Shown in pieces: positions 26,050 through 35,145 of a stretch of DNA of 64,000 nt (positions within the stretch are counted from its first letter, which is position 1; each line of letters starts with the position of its first letter). Both the position numbers and the translations under genes were made by a program. The DNA comes from Gaiellaceae bacterium (GTDB lineage: Bacteria > Actinomycetota > Thermoleophilia > Gaiellales > Gaiellaceae): NCBI GenBank assembly GCA_036522595.1, contig DATDFL010000288.1, positions 10,414 to 74,413 on the forward strand, written 5' to 3'. Under the pieces are notes generated by a model, which was not told the DNA's origin, did no database searches, and worked only from the letters and a program-made list of their open reading frames with translations.

Positions 26050-27324
26050 GTGGCGAGAGCATCCGACGGTAACGAACAGCTTCTCTGCAGCTTCTGCGGG
26101 AAGAGTCAGCGCCAGGTCAAAAAGCTGATCGCAGGCCCTGGGGTCTACATCTGCGACGAGTGCATCGATCTCTGCAACGAGATCATCGACGAGGAGCTCA
26201 CCGCTCCGGCGCAGCTCGACCTCGACAACCTGCCGCGGCCGAAGGACATCTACGCCGTCCTGAACGATTACGTCGTCTCGCAGGAAGAGGCGAAGCGCAC
26301 CCTGGCGGTCGCGGTCTACAACCACTACAAGCGCGTGCAGATGGCGGCCGACGAGGACGACGTCGAGCTGCAGAAGTCGAACATCCTCCTGCTCGGCCCG
26401 ACCGGCTGCGGGAAGACGCTGCTGGCCCAGACGCTGGCGCGGATCCTGAACGTGCCCTTCGCGATCGCCGACGCGACCGCGCTGACGGAGGCGGGCTACG
26501 TCGGGGAAGACGTCGAGAACATCCTCCTGAAGCTGATCCAGGCGGCGGACTTCGACATCAAGAAGGCCGAGACCGGGATCATCTACATCGACGAGGTCGA
26601 CAAGATCGCGCGCAAGGCGGACAACCCGTCGATCACGCGCGACGTCTCAGGTGAGGGCGTCCAGCAGGCGCTGCTGAAGATTCTCGAGGGGACGGTGGCC
26701 TCCGTGCCGCCGCAGGGCGGGCGCAAGCACCCGCACCAGGAGTTCCTCTCGATCGACACGACGAACATCCTCTTCATCTGCGGCGGCGCGTTCGCCGACC
26801 TGGAGAAGATCATCGGCAAGCGGATCGGCAAGCACGCCATGGGGTTCGGCGCCGAGATCCGCTCGCGCAACTCGTACGAGGCCTCGGAGATGCTCTCGCA
26901 GGTCATGCCCGAGGATCTGCTCTCCTACGGGCTGATCCCCGAGTTCATCGGCCGCCTCCCGGTGGTCTCCGCGGTGCACCAGCTGCAACGCGAGGATCTC
27001 GTCCAGATCCTGACCGAGCCAAAGAATGCGTTGACCCGGCAGTACCAGCGCTTCTTCGCCTACGACAACATCGAGCTCGTCTTCACCGAGGAGGCGCTCT
27101 GGGAGATCGCGGAGAAAGCGTTGGCGCGCGAGACCGGGGCACGCGGTTTGCGCTCGATCATCGAGGGCGCGCTGCTGGATGTCATGTTCGAGCTTCCGTC
27201 GCGCAAGGACGTCGTCAAGTGCGCGATCACGAAGGAGACGATCGAGCGTGGCATCAAGCCGACGCTCGTGACCTCCGCCGGCGCGGACGACGAGTCCGAA
27301 GAGCTGGCCGAAGAGTCCGCTTAG
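26050..27324 (+). CDS. clpX: ATP-dependent Clp protease ATP-binding subunit ClpX
   Basis: Zinc ribbon CSFCGK..CDEC, Walker [18 protein letters not shown] and the GYVGEDVE pore loop. Confidence 0.97.
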   Translation: MARASDGNEQLLCSFCGKSQRQVKKLIAGPGVYICDECIDLCNEIIDEELTAPAQLDLDNLPRPKDIYAVLNDYVVSQEEAKRTLAVAVYNHYKRVQMAADEDDVELQKSNILLLGPTGCGKTLLAQTLARILNVPFAIADATALTEAGYVGEDVENILLKLIQAADFDIKKAETGIIYIDEVDKIARKADNPSITRDVSGEGVQQALLKILEGTVASVPPQGGRKHPHQEFLSIDTTNILFICGGAFADLEKIIGKRIGKHAMGFGAEIRSRNSYEASEMLSQVMPEDLLSYGLIPEFIGRLPVVSAVHQLQREDLVQILTEPKNALTRQYQRFFAYDNIELVFTEEALWEIAEKALARETGARGLRSIIEGALLDVMFELPSRKDVVKCAITKETIERGIKPTLVTSAGADDESEELAEESA

Positions 27325-27339
27325 AGACCTGACACCGGG

Positions 27340-28167
27340 TTATCTCTGCAGCAACTCGAGCGCCTCGGTGACCCAGCGCTTCGCGCGGTCGACGTTCGGG
27401 CCGCCCGGTGCCAGCGCCAGCGCGTCCAGCTGCAGCTCGCACAGCACGATCAGCGCGCGGAACGGATCGGGCTCGGTGAGCACCTCCTCGATCCGTTCGG
27501 CCAGGCGCTCCGGCTTCACCGATAGCTCTTGCACCCTCTCGGCCAGGCGCTTGGTGGTCGGCGGCCAGACCCTGTTCACCGCGTAGACGATCTGCAGCAC
27601 CCGCAGGCAGGCGTCCAGGAGCCATTCGACGAGCTGGAGCCTGTCCCCCGGCCTCGTGACGGTGAGCAGCCCCGAGGCGTGGAAGCCGCCCCAGGGCAGC
27701 GCCGCATCCTCGATGCGCGCCGCCGCGAGGTCGTCCGGGTAGACGCGAAGGCGCTCCTGCCAGTCCTCCAGCAGCCCGACGCTCCGCAGGGAAACGCCGT
27801 TCACGAGCGCCTCGGCGGAACCGGAGGGCTGCCCGGCCACGATGGAGTCGACCGAAGCTTCCGCGAACTCGCGCGACCACCAGATCGTCTCCACCGGTAC
27901 GCCGTCCACAAAACCGAAAACGCGGTTGGTCGGGACCCCCTGGGGGCCCCAGGTGTCCACCTGCTCGAACCCGAGCCGGCGCGCGTGCTCGAAGCACTCG
28001 GCGAGCTCGAGCTGTTCGGTCGTGACGAAGAGCATCTCGATGTCGGAGATCTCGTCCGCAACGCCGCGCGAGACGCTGCCGGTCAACACGACCTCCTCGA
28101 CAACCGGCGGGAGCGCGTCGGCGACACGCTGTGCAAGCTCACGCAGCTCGCGCGTGCGATCTGGCAT
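27340..28167 (-). CDS. nucleotidyltransferase-fold protein (minimal NTase N-domain + helical C-domain)
   Basis: The GSVSRGVADEISDIEMLFV motif (G-S-x9-12-D-h-D) is typical of pol-beta-superfamily NTases. The start at ATG 28167 avoids overlap with the upstream gene. An alternative ATG lies at 28215. Confidence 0.6.
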   Translation of the reverse strand: MPDRTRELRELAQRVADALPPVVEEVVLTGSVSRGVADEISDIEMLFVTTEQLELAECFEHARRLGFEQVDTWGPQGVPTNRVFGFVDGVPVETIWWSREFAEASVDSIVAGQPSGSAEALVNGVSLRSVGLLEDWQERLRVYPDDLAAARIEDAALPWGGFHASGLLTVTRPGDRLQLVEWLLDACLRVLQIVYAVNRVWPPTTKRLAERVQELSVKPERLAERIEEVLTEPDPFRALIVLCELQLDALALAPGGPNVDRAKRWVTEALELLQR

Positions 28168-28177
28168 CGGGCGAATC

Positions 28178-29128
28178 CTACGAGCGCTCCGGCTCGGCGG
28201 CTTTCGCGCGGCCAATGATCTCTCGCAGCCGCAGCGTCCTCAACATCAGGAAGATCACGAGGGCCCCGATCGCCACATTGAAAATCGTGACCGCTACGTA
28301 CTGACCGACGCTGAAGGCGAGCAGGCGCGAGGTCGGCGCCTGCCCGTGCAGGATCGCGACCAGGAACCCTTGCTTCGTCCCGGCGCCGCCCGGGGAGAAC
28401 GGCAGCAGCGTCGAGAGGCTGTCCACGACCTGGCAGAGCAGCGCGTTGTGGATCGTCGCGTGCACGTGGAAGGCCTTCAGGAACCAGTAGAGCGATGCGA
28501 TCCGCAGGACCCAGCTCAAGAGCTGCCAGCTCGCGACCTCACGCAGATAGCGCCGCCGGTCGCGGAGGATTGCGAAGCCCCGGCCGAACCGCTGCTTCAG
28601 GTCGGCGTTCTGCGCGAGCCTCCACGAGAGCCAGATCACAGCGAGCGTGACCGCCGCAACGACCGTCGCCGTGGTCTTGCCGTGATCGAGGAGCCAGCCC
28701 CAGTCGAAGGCAGGCGTGTGGATGCTCGGAACCACGCCCTGGGAGAGCGCCCAGAGGAAGAACGCCGTCGCGAGGACAAAGTCGAGCAGCGTCTCCGCGA
28801 CGAGCGTCGTGCCCAGTGTCGTGTAAGTGGTGTCCGGATAGCGGTGCCGGACGAGGTAGAGCTTGACCAGGTCGCCCGCCCGGCCCGGAACGATCGAGTT
28901 GATCCCCACGCCCGCGACATACGCGCCGCAGACCGGCGCCCAGCGGATGCGGATCTCCGGAAACGATGCCCGGAGGATGTTCCGCCAGGCGACTGTCCGC
29001 AGCAGCACCTTGCCGAAGTGGAGCCCGAGTGCGATCGCGAGCGCGCCCCAGCCGACCCCGGCGAGCTCGTCGAAGAACACCTTGACCGCGTGAAAGAACT
29101 CACCCACGTCCTCGTAAACTTGCCTCAT
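28178..29128 (-). CDS. flippase-like / lysylphosphatidylglycerol-synthase TM-domain (UPF0104) membrane protein
   Basis: Family-typical LRTVAWRNIL ... YVAGVGINSIVPGRAGDLVKLYL and about 8 TM segments. The start is uncertain (29128 or 29176). Confidence 0.7.
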   Translation of the reverse strand: MRQVYEDVGEFFHAVKVFFDELAGVGWGALAIALGLHFGKVLLRTVAWRNILRASFPEIRIRWAPVCGAYVAGVGINSIVPGRAGDLVKLYLVRHRYPDTTYTTLGTTLVAETLLDFVLATAFFLWALSQGVVPSIHTPAFDWGWLLDHGKTTATVVAAVTLAVIWLSWRLAQNADLKQRFGRGFAILRDRRRYLREVASWQLLSWVLRIASLYWFLKAFHVHATIHNALLCQVVDSLSTLLPFSPGGAGTKQGFLVAILHGQAPTSRLLAFSVGQYVAVTIFNVAIGALVIFLMLRTLRLREIIGRAKAAEPERS

Positions 29129-31538
29129 GGAGCCGCTGTACGACCACAAGGCCGTCGAAGAGCGCTGGCAGCGCACCTGGGAAGAGGAGGGTCTCTACAA
29201 CGCCGATCCGGATTCGGGCGGCGAAACCTTCGTGATCATGCACCCGCCGCCGAACATCTCCGGCTCGCTCTCGATCGGCCACGCGCTGCAGCTCTCGCTG
29301 GAGGACGCGCTGATCCGGTGGCACCGGATGCGCGGCTTCGACACGCTCTTCCAGCCCGGCTACGACCACGGCGGAATCTCGACCTGGGCCGCGATCGGGC
29401 GCGAGCTCGCGAAGGACGGCAAGACGCAGCGCGACCTCGGCCGCTCGGGCTTCGACGCCTACGCCGAAGAGTGGCTCCAGAAGTACGGCGGCACGATCAT
29501 GAGCCAGTTCCGGCTGCTGGGCGCGTCGCTCGACTACCGGCGCGAGCGGTTCACCATGGACCCCGGTTACTACCGCGCCGTGATCCGCTGGTTCGTCCAC
29601 CTCTACGAGCGCGGCTGGATCTACCAGGCGAGCCGCATCGTCAACTGGTGCCCGCGCGACCAGACCGCGCTCTCCGACCTCGAGGTCGAGCACCAGGAGA
29701 CCGACGACAGGCTCTCGTACATCCGCTACCCGCTGGCGGACGGCTCCGGCCATGTGACGATCGCGACCGTGCGGCCGGCGACCATCCTGGCCGACGTCGC
29801 CGTCGCCGTGCATCCGGAGGACGAGCGCTACAAAGATCTCGTCGGCAAGGAGGCGGTCGTGCCCTTCGTGGAGCGACACGTCCCCCTGATCGCGGACGAG
29901 CGGGTCGACCCGGAGTTCGGAACCGGCGCGCTGAAGGTCACGCCCGGGCACGACCCGATGGACTTCGAGATCGGCCAGGACCACCACCTGCCCGAGGTGA
30001 CAGTGATCGGGGAGGACGGTCTCATGAGCGAGGAGGCCGGCGAGCTCGCAGGGCTCACGCAGGAGGAGGCGGGCGAGCGCGTCATCGCCTGGGCGCGGGA
30101 CCGCGACCTCCTCGACCGGCAGGAGCCGTACCGGCACTCGGTCGGCCACTGCAGCCGCTGCAAGACGCGGATCGAGCCGCTCGTGGTGCCGCAGTGGTGG
30201 GTCGCGATGGAGGAGCTGGCCGCGCCGGCGATCGCCGCGATCCGCGAAGGGCGCGTTCGCTTCACGCCCGAGCGCTTCTCGCGCGTGTGCCTCGACTGGC
30301 TCGAGAACGTCCGCCCGTGGTGCATCTCGCGGCAGATCTGGTGGGGCCATCGCATCCCCGTCTGGTACTGCCCCGACGGACACGTGACCGTTGCCGAGGA
30401 CACACCGGACGCCTGCGCGGAGTGCGGCTCGACGGAGCTGCGCCAGGACGAGGACGTGCTCGACACCTGGTTCTCGTCGGCGCTCTACCCGTTCGCGACG
30501 CTTGGCTGGCCTGACCAGACCCCGGAGCTCGAGTGCTACTACCCGGGCGACGTGCTCACGACCGCGCGGGACATCATCTTCCTCTGGGTCGCGCGGATGA
30601 TCTTCGCCGGGCTCGAGCTGCTCGGCGAGGACCCGTATCACGACGTCGTCATCCACTCCTACCTTCTGAACCCGGAGGGCAAGCGCATGGGGCGGACGCT
30701 CGGGACGGTGGTCGACCCCGAGGAGGTGCTCGAGCCGTACGGCGCCGACGCCACCCGCTACGGACTGCTCTGGATGACCTCGAGCCAGGACCCCCGCTTC
30801 TCGTTCGGCTCGATCGAGGAGGGCCGCAAGCTCGCGATCAAGCTCTGGAACGTGTCACGGCTGCTCCTGCAGAATGCCGGCGGCGAGAGCCCCGACCTGC
30901 GCCCGCGGGATCTCGAGGAACGCTGGGTGCTCGCCCGGATCGACGCCGGCCGCGCGGAGCTCGAGCAGCTGCTCTCGCGCTGCGACTTCGCCGCAGCGGT
31001 GCGGCTGCTCTACCGCCTGACCTTCGACGATTTCTGCGACTGGTACGCCGAGGCGATCAAGCCCCGGCTCTACGACGGCGACCTCGACGCGCGCGCAACT
31101 GCCCTCGCCGCGCTCGAGCGGCTGCTGAAGCTCCTCCATCCGGTGATGCCGCACGTGACCGAGGAGATCTGGTCGCAGTTCCACGACGACCGGCTGATCG
31201 TCGCCCCCTGGCCCGAGCCCGACGAGCGGTTCGCCGCAGACGCGGCCGCACTCGACCGCGTCCAGCAGCTGGCGCGGACCTTCCGGCGCAGCGGCGTCCT
31301 CGTCGAGCTCGAAGGGGACGAGCGGCGGATCTTCGACGCGGTGGTCAAGCCTGGCCGCGCCAAGGCCGACGGCGGGAATCTGGAGGCCGAGGTCGAGCGG
31401 CTTCGCGGCGAGATCGCCCGCGCCGAGGGGATGCTGGCCAACGACCGCTTCGTCCAGAACGCTCCGGGCGATGTCGTCGAGGCGGAGCGCGAGAAGCTGG
31501 AGCGCTACCGCCGCGAGCTCGATGCGCTCTCCACTTGA
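29127..31538 (+). CDS. valS: valine--tRNA ligase (variant signature motifs)
   Basis: YDHKAVEERWQRTWEEEGLY, PPPNISGSLSIGHAL, editing-domain TVRPATILADVAVAVHP and GTGALKVTPGHDPMDFEIG, WCISRQIWWGHRIP, and a C-terminal coiled coil with NDRFVQNAP. Confidence 0.93.
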   Translation: MEPLYDHKAVEERWQRTWEEEGLYNADPDSGGETFVIMHPPPNISGSLSIGHALQLSLEDALIRWHRMRGFDTLFQPGYDHGGISTWAAIGRELAKDGKTQRDLGRSGFDAYAEEWLQKYGGTIMSQFRLLGASLDYRRERFTMDPGYYRAVIRWFVHLYERGWIYQASRIVNWCPRDQTALSDLEVEHQETDDRLSYIRYPLADGSGHVTIATVRPATILADVAVAVHPEDERYKDLVGKEAVVPFVERHVPLIADERVDPEFGTGALKVTPGHDPMDFEIGQDHHLPEVTVIGEDGLMSEEAGELAGLTQEEAGERVIAWARDRDLLDRQEPYRHSVGHCSRCKTRIEPLVVPQWWVAMEELAAPAIAAIREGRVRFTPERFSRVCLDWLENVRPWCISRQIWWGHRIPVWYCPDGHVTVAEDTPDACAECGSTELRQDEDVLDTWFSSALYPFATLGWPDQTPELECYYPGDVLTTARDIIFLWVARMIFAGLELLGEDPYHDVVIHSYLLNPEGKRMGRTLGTVVDPEEVLEPYGADATRYGLLWMTSSQDPRFSFGSIEEGRKLAIKLWNVSRLLLQNAGGESPDLRPRDLEERWVLARIDAGRAELEQLLSRCDFAAAVRLLYRLTFDDFCDWYAEAIKPRLYDGDLDARATALAALERLLKLLHPVMPHVTEEIWSQFHDDRLIVAPWPEPDERFAADAAALDRVQQLARTFRRSGVLVELEGDERRIFDAVVKPGRAKADGGNLEAEVERLRGEIARAEGMLANDRFVQNAPGDVVEAEREKLERYRRELDALST

Positions 31539-32550
31539 GTGGCTCGAATCGCTCTCGCCCTGGCCCGAGGAGTTCGGGCTGGGGCGGATGCACGCGCTGC
31601 TGACCGAGCTCGGCGAGCCGCAGCGCGCCTACCCGGCGATCCATGTCGTCGGTACGAACGGCAAGTCGACGGCGACGCGCCGCGCCGCCGCGTTCCTGCA
31701 GCGCGAGGGCCTCAGCGTCGGCGCCTACACCTCGCCCCACGTCGCCGGCTGGAGCGAGCGGATTCAGGTCGACGGCGAGGACGCGAACCTCGAAGGCGCA
31801 CTCGAGCGCGTTCGCGGGGCCGCCGAGCGGGTGGGCGCCACGCAGTTCGAGGTGCTCACAGCGGCCGCGCTCGCGGAGTTCGCGGCGGCCCAGGTCGACG
31901 TTGCCGTCGTCGAGGCCGGCCTCGGCGGACGGCTCGATGCCACGAACGTCCTCGACGCGCGCATCGTCGTGCTCACCAACGTCGGGCTCGACCACACCGA
32001 CGTCCTCGGCGAGACGCGCGAGCAGATCGCGGCCGAGAAGCTGGCAGTCGTCTCGCCCGAGGCGACGCTGATCGTCGGCGAGGCGGAGTGGGGCGGCTGC
32101 TACGCACAGGACGTGGGACGGGCCGCCGCCGAGGCGTTCCTCGGCCGCGAGCTGGACGGGGACGTCGAGATCTCGCTCCCGGGCCGGTTCGACGTCGTCG
32201 GCGACGACGTCTTCTCGGGCGCGCACAATCCAGCCGGGATCGAATGGCTCCTCGAGCGCCTGCCCCGAAACGACTACACGATCGTCGCGTCGATCCTCGC
32301 GGACAAGCACGCCGCGGAGATGCTGCGCCTGCTGGCGCGGGCCGGCCGGACGCTCATCGCGACCTCGTCGAGGAGCGCGCGCGCACTGCCCGCCGACGAG
32401 CTCGCGCGCGCCGCCGAGCCGTTCTTCGACTCCGTCGGAGTGGAGGCCGATCCCGAGCGGGCGCTCGACCGCGCCGAGAGCCCCGTCCTCGTCACCGGCT
32501 CGCTGTACCTGCTCTCGGACCTCTCCGTCCGCCTCCAGCGCATACCATGA
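31522..32550 (+). CDS. folC: folylpolyglutamate synthase / dihydrofolate synthase
   Basis: Mur-ligase P-loop HVVGTNGKSTATR, YTSPHV and EAGLGGRLDATNV. The classic valS-folC adjacency is present. The start is uncertain (31522 or 31471). Confidence 0.88.
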   Translation: MRSPLEWLESLSPWPEEFGLGRMHALLTELGEPQRAYPAIHVVGTNGKSTATRRAAAFLQREGLSVGAYTSPHVAGWSERIQVDGEDANLEGALERVRGAAERVGATQFEVLTAAALAEFAAAQVDVAVVEAGLGGRLDATNVLDARIVVLTNVGLDHTDVLGETREQIAAEKLAVVSPEATLIVGEAEWGGCYAQDVGRAAAEAFLGRELDGDVEISLPGRFDVVGDDVFSGAHNPAGIEWLLERLPRNDYTIVASILADKHAAEMLRLLARAGRTLIATSSRSARALPADELARAAEPFFDSVGVEADPERALDRAESPVLVTGSLYLLSDLSVRLQRIP

Positions 32551-32660
32551 GAAAACTCGGCGAGAAGCTGAGCGTCTTCGCAGTCGCCGCGGTCGTCGTC
32601 CTGATGATCGTCGGCCTCGCGTTTGGCGCCGGGTATCTCGTCGGAAAGGTCCTCCTCTGA
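32547..32660 (+). CDS. possible 37-aa single-TM micro-protein translationally coupled to folC
   Basis: ATGA overlap with the folC stop. MRKLGEKLSVFAVAAVVVLMIVGLAFGAGYLVGKVLL is one clean hydrophobic helix. Confidence 0.45.
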   Translation: MRKLGEKLSVFAVAAVVVLMIVGLAFGAGYLVGKVLL

Positions 32661-33189
32661 CGGAGGGGTTGCGACGCTAGCCGACAACGGAATCTTCGAT
32701 TTCTTCAGTTCCAGCACGTGGGCTGTGATCCGGAACTTGTCGCTGTTCGTGGTCGCGGTCTTCTGGCTGTCGGTCGCGTTCTGGGTTTTCAAGGATGCGC
32801 GCCGCCGGATCGAAGATCCCTGGCTCGTCGGCATGTCGACGGTGCTGGGGCTCGTGCCGTTCATCGGCCCGCTGATCTACATGCTCTTCCGGCCGCCCGA
32901 GTACCTCGAGGACGTGCGGGAGCGTGAGCTCGAGATCAAGGCGATGGAGGAACGGCTCTCCCGGCGCGACCTGCACTGCCCCGTCTGCCGCGCCGACGTC
33001 GATCCCGCATTCCTCGTCTGCCCGGTCTGCACCACGCGCCTGCGCCAGTCGTGCCGGAACTGCAAGGCGCCGCTCGAGGCGCTCTGGCAGGTCTGCCCGT
33101 ACTGCGAGACCGCGGTCGAGCCGGCCGCCGTGGAGCAGCTCGACCAGACGCAGGCCTTGGCGCCCCCGCGGCGCGAGCGCCGCGCTTAG
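32623..33189 (+). CDS. membrane-anchored double zinc-ribbon protein (PLD-N-terminal-like TM hairpin)
   Basis: LFVVAVFWLSVAFWVFKDARRR ... LGLVPFIGPLIYMLFRPP, then CPVC..CPVC and CRNC..CPYC. Confidence 0.65.
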   Translation: MAPGISSERSSSDGGVATLADNGIFDFFSSSTWAVIRNLSLFVVAVFWLSVAFWVFKDARRRIEDPWLVGMSTVLGLVPFIGPLIYMLFRPPEYLEDVRERELEIKAMEERLSRRDLHCPVCRADVDPAFLVCPVCTTRLRQSCRNCKAPLEALWQVCPYCETAVEPAAVEQLDQTQALAPPRRERRA

Positions 33190-33213
33190 GCGTCGCTCGC
33201 GATGCCGTCATCA

Positions 33214-33240
33214 GGACGTGCGGGCTTTGCCCGTGCGTCC
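33214..33240 (+). terminator. hairpin after the zinc-ribbon gene
   Basis: GGACGTGCGGGC-TTT-GCCCGTGCGTCC forms 12 bp, including two G-T pairs. Confidence 0.4.
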
Positions 33241-33264
33241 GTCTGAAATGACCGGTCGATCCGC

Positions 33265-33293
33265 TGCGAAGACAGCCGTCCAGCTCTTAGACT
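33265..33293 (+). promoter_or_regulatory. putative ndk promoter (CTGCGA-18 nt-TAGACT), predicting a near-leaderless mRNA
   Basis: TAGACT at 33288-33293 ends 9 nt before the ndk ATG (33303). No SD lies between them. Confidence 0.35.
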
Positions 33294-33302
33294 CGGCGCG
33301 GC

Positions 33303-33710
33303 ATGGCAGCCGAGCGGACGCTGGTCCTGATCAAGCCTGACGCGATGCGGCGGCAGCTCGCGGGCGAGATCCTCGCGCGCTTCGAGCGCCGGGGCCTCCT
33401 CGTGCGCGAGGCGAAGCTTTTGACCGTGGATCGCGGTCTCGCGGAGACGCACTACGCCGAGCACGCGGAGAAGCCGTTCTTCGGCGAGCTCGTCGAGTTC
33501 ATCACCTCGGGGCCGACGCTGGCGCTCGTCCTCGAGGGCGAAGGCGCAATCGCGACCGTGCGCCGGACAATGGGCGCGACCAATCCGGCCGACTCGGAGC
33601 CCGGCTCGATCCGCGGCGACTTCGCGCTCTCGATGCCCGACAACCTCGTCCACGGCTCCGACTCCCCCGAGTCGGCCGGGCGCGAGATCGGGCTCTGGTT
33701 CGGTGGCTGA
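33303..33710 (+). CDS. ndk: nucleoside-diphosphate kinase
   Basis: [35 protein letters not shown] and NLVHGSDS (catalytic His). Confidence 0.97.
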   Translation: MAAERTLVLIKPDAMRRQLAGEILARFERRGLLVREAKLLTVDRGLAETHYAEHAEKPFFGELVEFITSGPTLALVLEGEGAIATVRRTMGATNPADSEPGSIRGDFALSMPDNLVHGSDSPESAGREIGLWFGG

Positions 33711-33733
33711 GGCGGTCGCTTGCGACGCCGATA

Positions 33734-34591
33734 ATGGAGGCCGTGCCCGCTTGGCCGGCGCGGCCGTTTAACGCACTGTCTGGGATGACGAACAAAGACT
33801 CAGCTCGCCGCGACCTCGCCTCTGAGCCGGATTACGTCGCGGTCAACCGCGAGGGCTGGACGCAGGCGAACGCGGAGTACACAGACCGGCAGGCAGAGGG
33901 CGCCTGGGCCCAGGAGGAGATCACGTGGGGCAAGTGGTCGATCCCGGAGCGCGAGGTGCAGATCCTTCCCGACTTCACGGGTGTGGACGTCGTCGAGCTC
34001 GGCTGCGGCACCGGGTACTTCGGCTCCTGGCTGAAGCGGGCCGGCGCGCAACGCGTCGTCGGCGTCGACGTCACGCCCGCGCAGCTCGAAACCGCTCGCA
34101 GGCTGAACGACCAGCATGGCCTCGGGCTGGAGCTCGTCGAGGCAAACGCGGAGGAGACCGGGTTGCCGGGCGAGTCCTTCGACGTGGCCTTCTCAGAGTA
34201 CGGCGCCTCGATCTGGTGCGACCCGGCGAAGTGGATCCCCGAGGCGGCGCGCCTCCTGCGGCCGGGCGGTGAGCTCATCTTCATGCGGGGGGCGACGCTG
34301 CAGCTGCTCTGCATGCCGGACACCGGCCCGGTCAGCGAGCGGCTCGTGCGCCCGCAGAAGGGCCTCTACAAGCTCGAGTGGTACGACGACGATCCCGGCG
34401 TCGAGTTCCACCCGGGCTTCGGCGAGATGTTCCGGATCCTCCGCGAGAACGGCTTCGAGCTGCTCGACTTCCGCGAGCTCTACGCGCCCGAGGACGCCGT
34501 CGACCACGAGTACTACGACACGGTTCCAGCCGCTTGGGCCAAGCAGTGGCCCGACGAGGAGATTTGGCGGCTCCGCCTGCGCCCCCGCTGA
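33734..34591 (+). CDS. class I SAM-dependent methyltransferase
   Basis: Motif I VVELGCGTGYFGSWL and a post-I acidic residue VVGVDVT. An alternative start lies at 33785 (MTNKD). Confidence 0.8.
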   Translation: MEAVPAWPARPFNALSGMTNKDSARRDLASEPDYVAVNREGWTQANAEYTDRQAEGAWAQEEITWGKWSIPEREVQILPDFTGVDVVELGCGTGYFGSWLKRAGAQRVVGVDVTPAQLETARRLNDQHGLGLELVEANAEETGLPGESFDVAFSEYGASIWCDPAKWIPEAARLLRPGGELIFMRGATLQLLCMPDTGPVSERLVRPQKGLYKLEWYDDDPGVEFHPGFGEMFRILRENGFELLDFRELYAPEDAVDHEYYDTVPAAWAKQWPDEEIWRLRLRPR

Positions 34592-35133
34592 TCCTCGCCT
34601 CGACGTCGCCGCGGCGGCGGGAGATCCTCGAGCAGCTGCGGATCCCATTCGAGGTGGTGGCACCGCAGTACGAGGAGGTCTCGGGAGACCCCGTCGAGCA
34701 CGCCGTGGGTAAGGCAAGGTCGGTCGGGCCGTTCGACGAGCGGCCGGTGCTCGGCTGCGACACGGAGGTGATCTGCGAGGGGCGGGTCTACGGGAAGCCC
34801 GAGAACGAGGCGGCCGCGGAGGAGATGCTCGATTCGCTTTCGGGCAGGACGCACGAGGTCGTCTCGGGGCTCGCGCTGATCACGCCGGCGTGGGAGGAAG
34901 TGCACCGCGAGGTGACGCAGGTGGCGTTCCGCCCGCTGGACGCGCGCGAGCTTGCGCACTACCTCGCGAGCGGCGAGTGGGAAGGCCGCGCCGGCGCGTA
35001 CGCGATCCAGGGGCTCGGCGCGTCGCTGGTCGAGCGGATCGAGGGCGACTACCTGAACGTCGTCGGCCTGCCGGGTGCGCTGCTCGTCCGGCTGCTCGCG
35101 GAACGCTTCCCAGGCACCTACGGATTCGGTTAA
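34588..35133 (+). CDS. maf: Maf-like nucleoside-triphosphate pyrophosphatase (septum formation protein)
   Basis: The conserved N-terminus LILASTSPRRREIL begins exactly at a CTG that overlaps the upstream TGA (CTGA). Canonical alternatives are TTG 34564 and GTG 34546. GCDT, GKP and AGAYAIQG motifs are present. Confidence 0.8.
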   Translation: MILASTSPRRREILEQLRIPFEVVAPQYEEVSGDPVEHAVGKARSVGPFDERPVLGCDTEVICEGRVYGKPENEAAAEEMLDSLSGRTHEVVSGLALITPAWEEVHREVTQVAFRPLDARELAHYLASGEWEGRAGAYAIQGLGASLVERIEGDYLNVVGLPGALLVRLLAERFPGTYGFG

Positions 35134-35145
35134 AAGACTCGGGTC

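Noticed and set aside
29000-29127. T-box or other riboswitch leader upstream of valS
   Set aside because: There is no intergenic space, because the divergent membrane gene abuts or overlaps the valS start.
27842-30656. 890-aa and 518-aa ORFs overlapping valS and its neighbours
   Set aside because: They have no motifs and an extreme Arg/Pro bias. valS and the two minus-strand genes account for the region.
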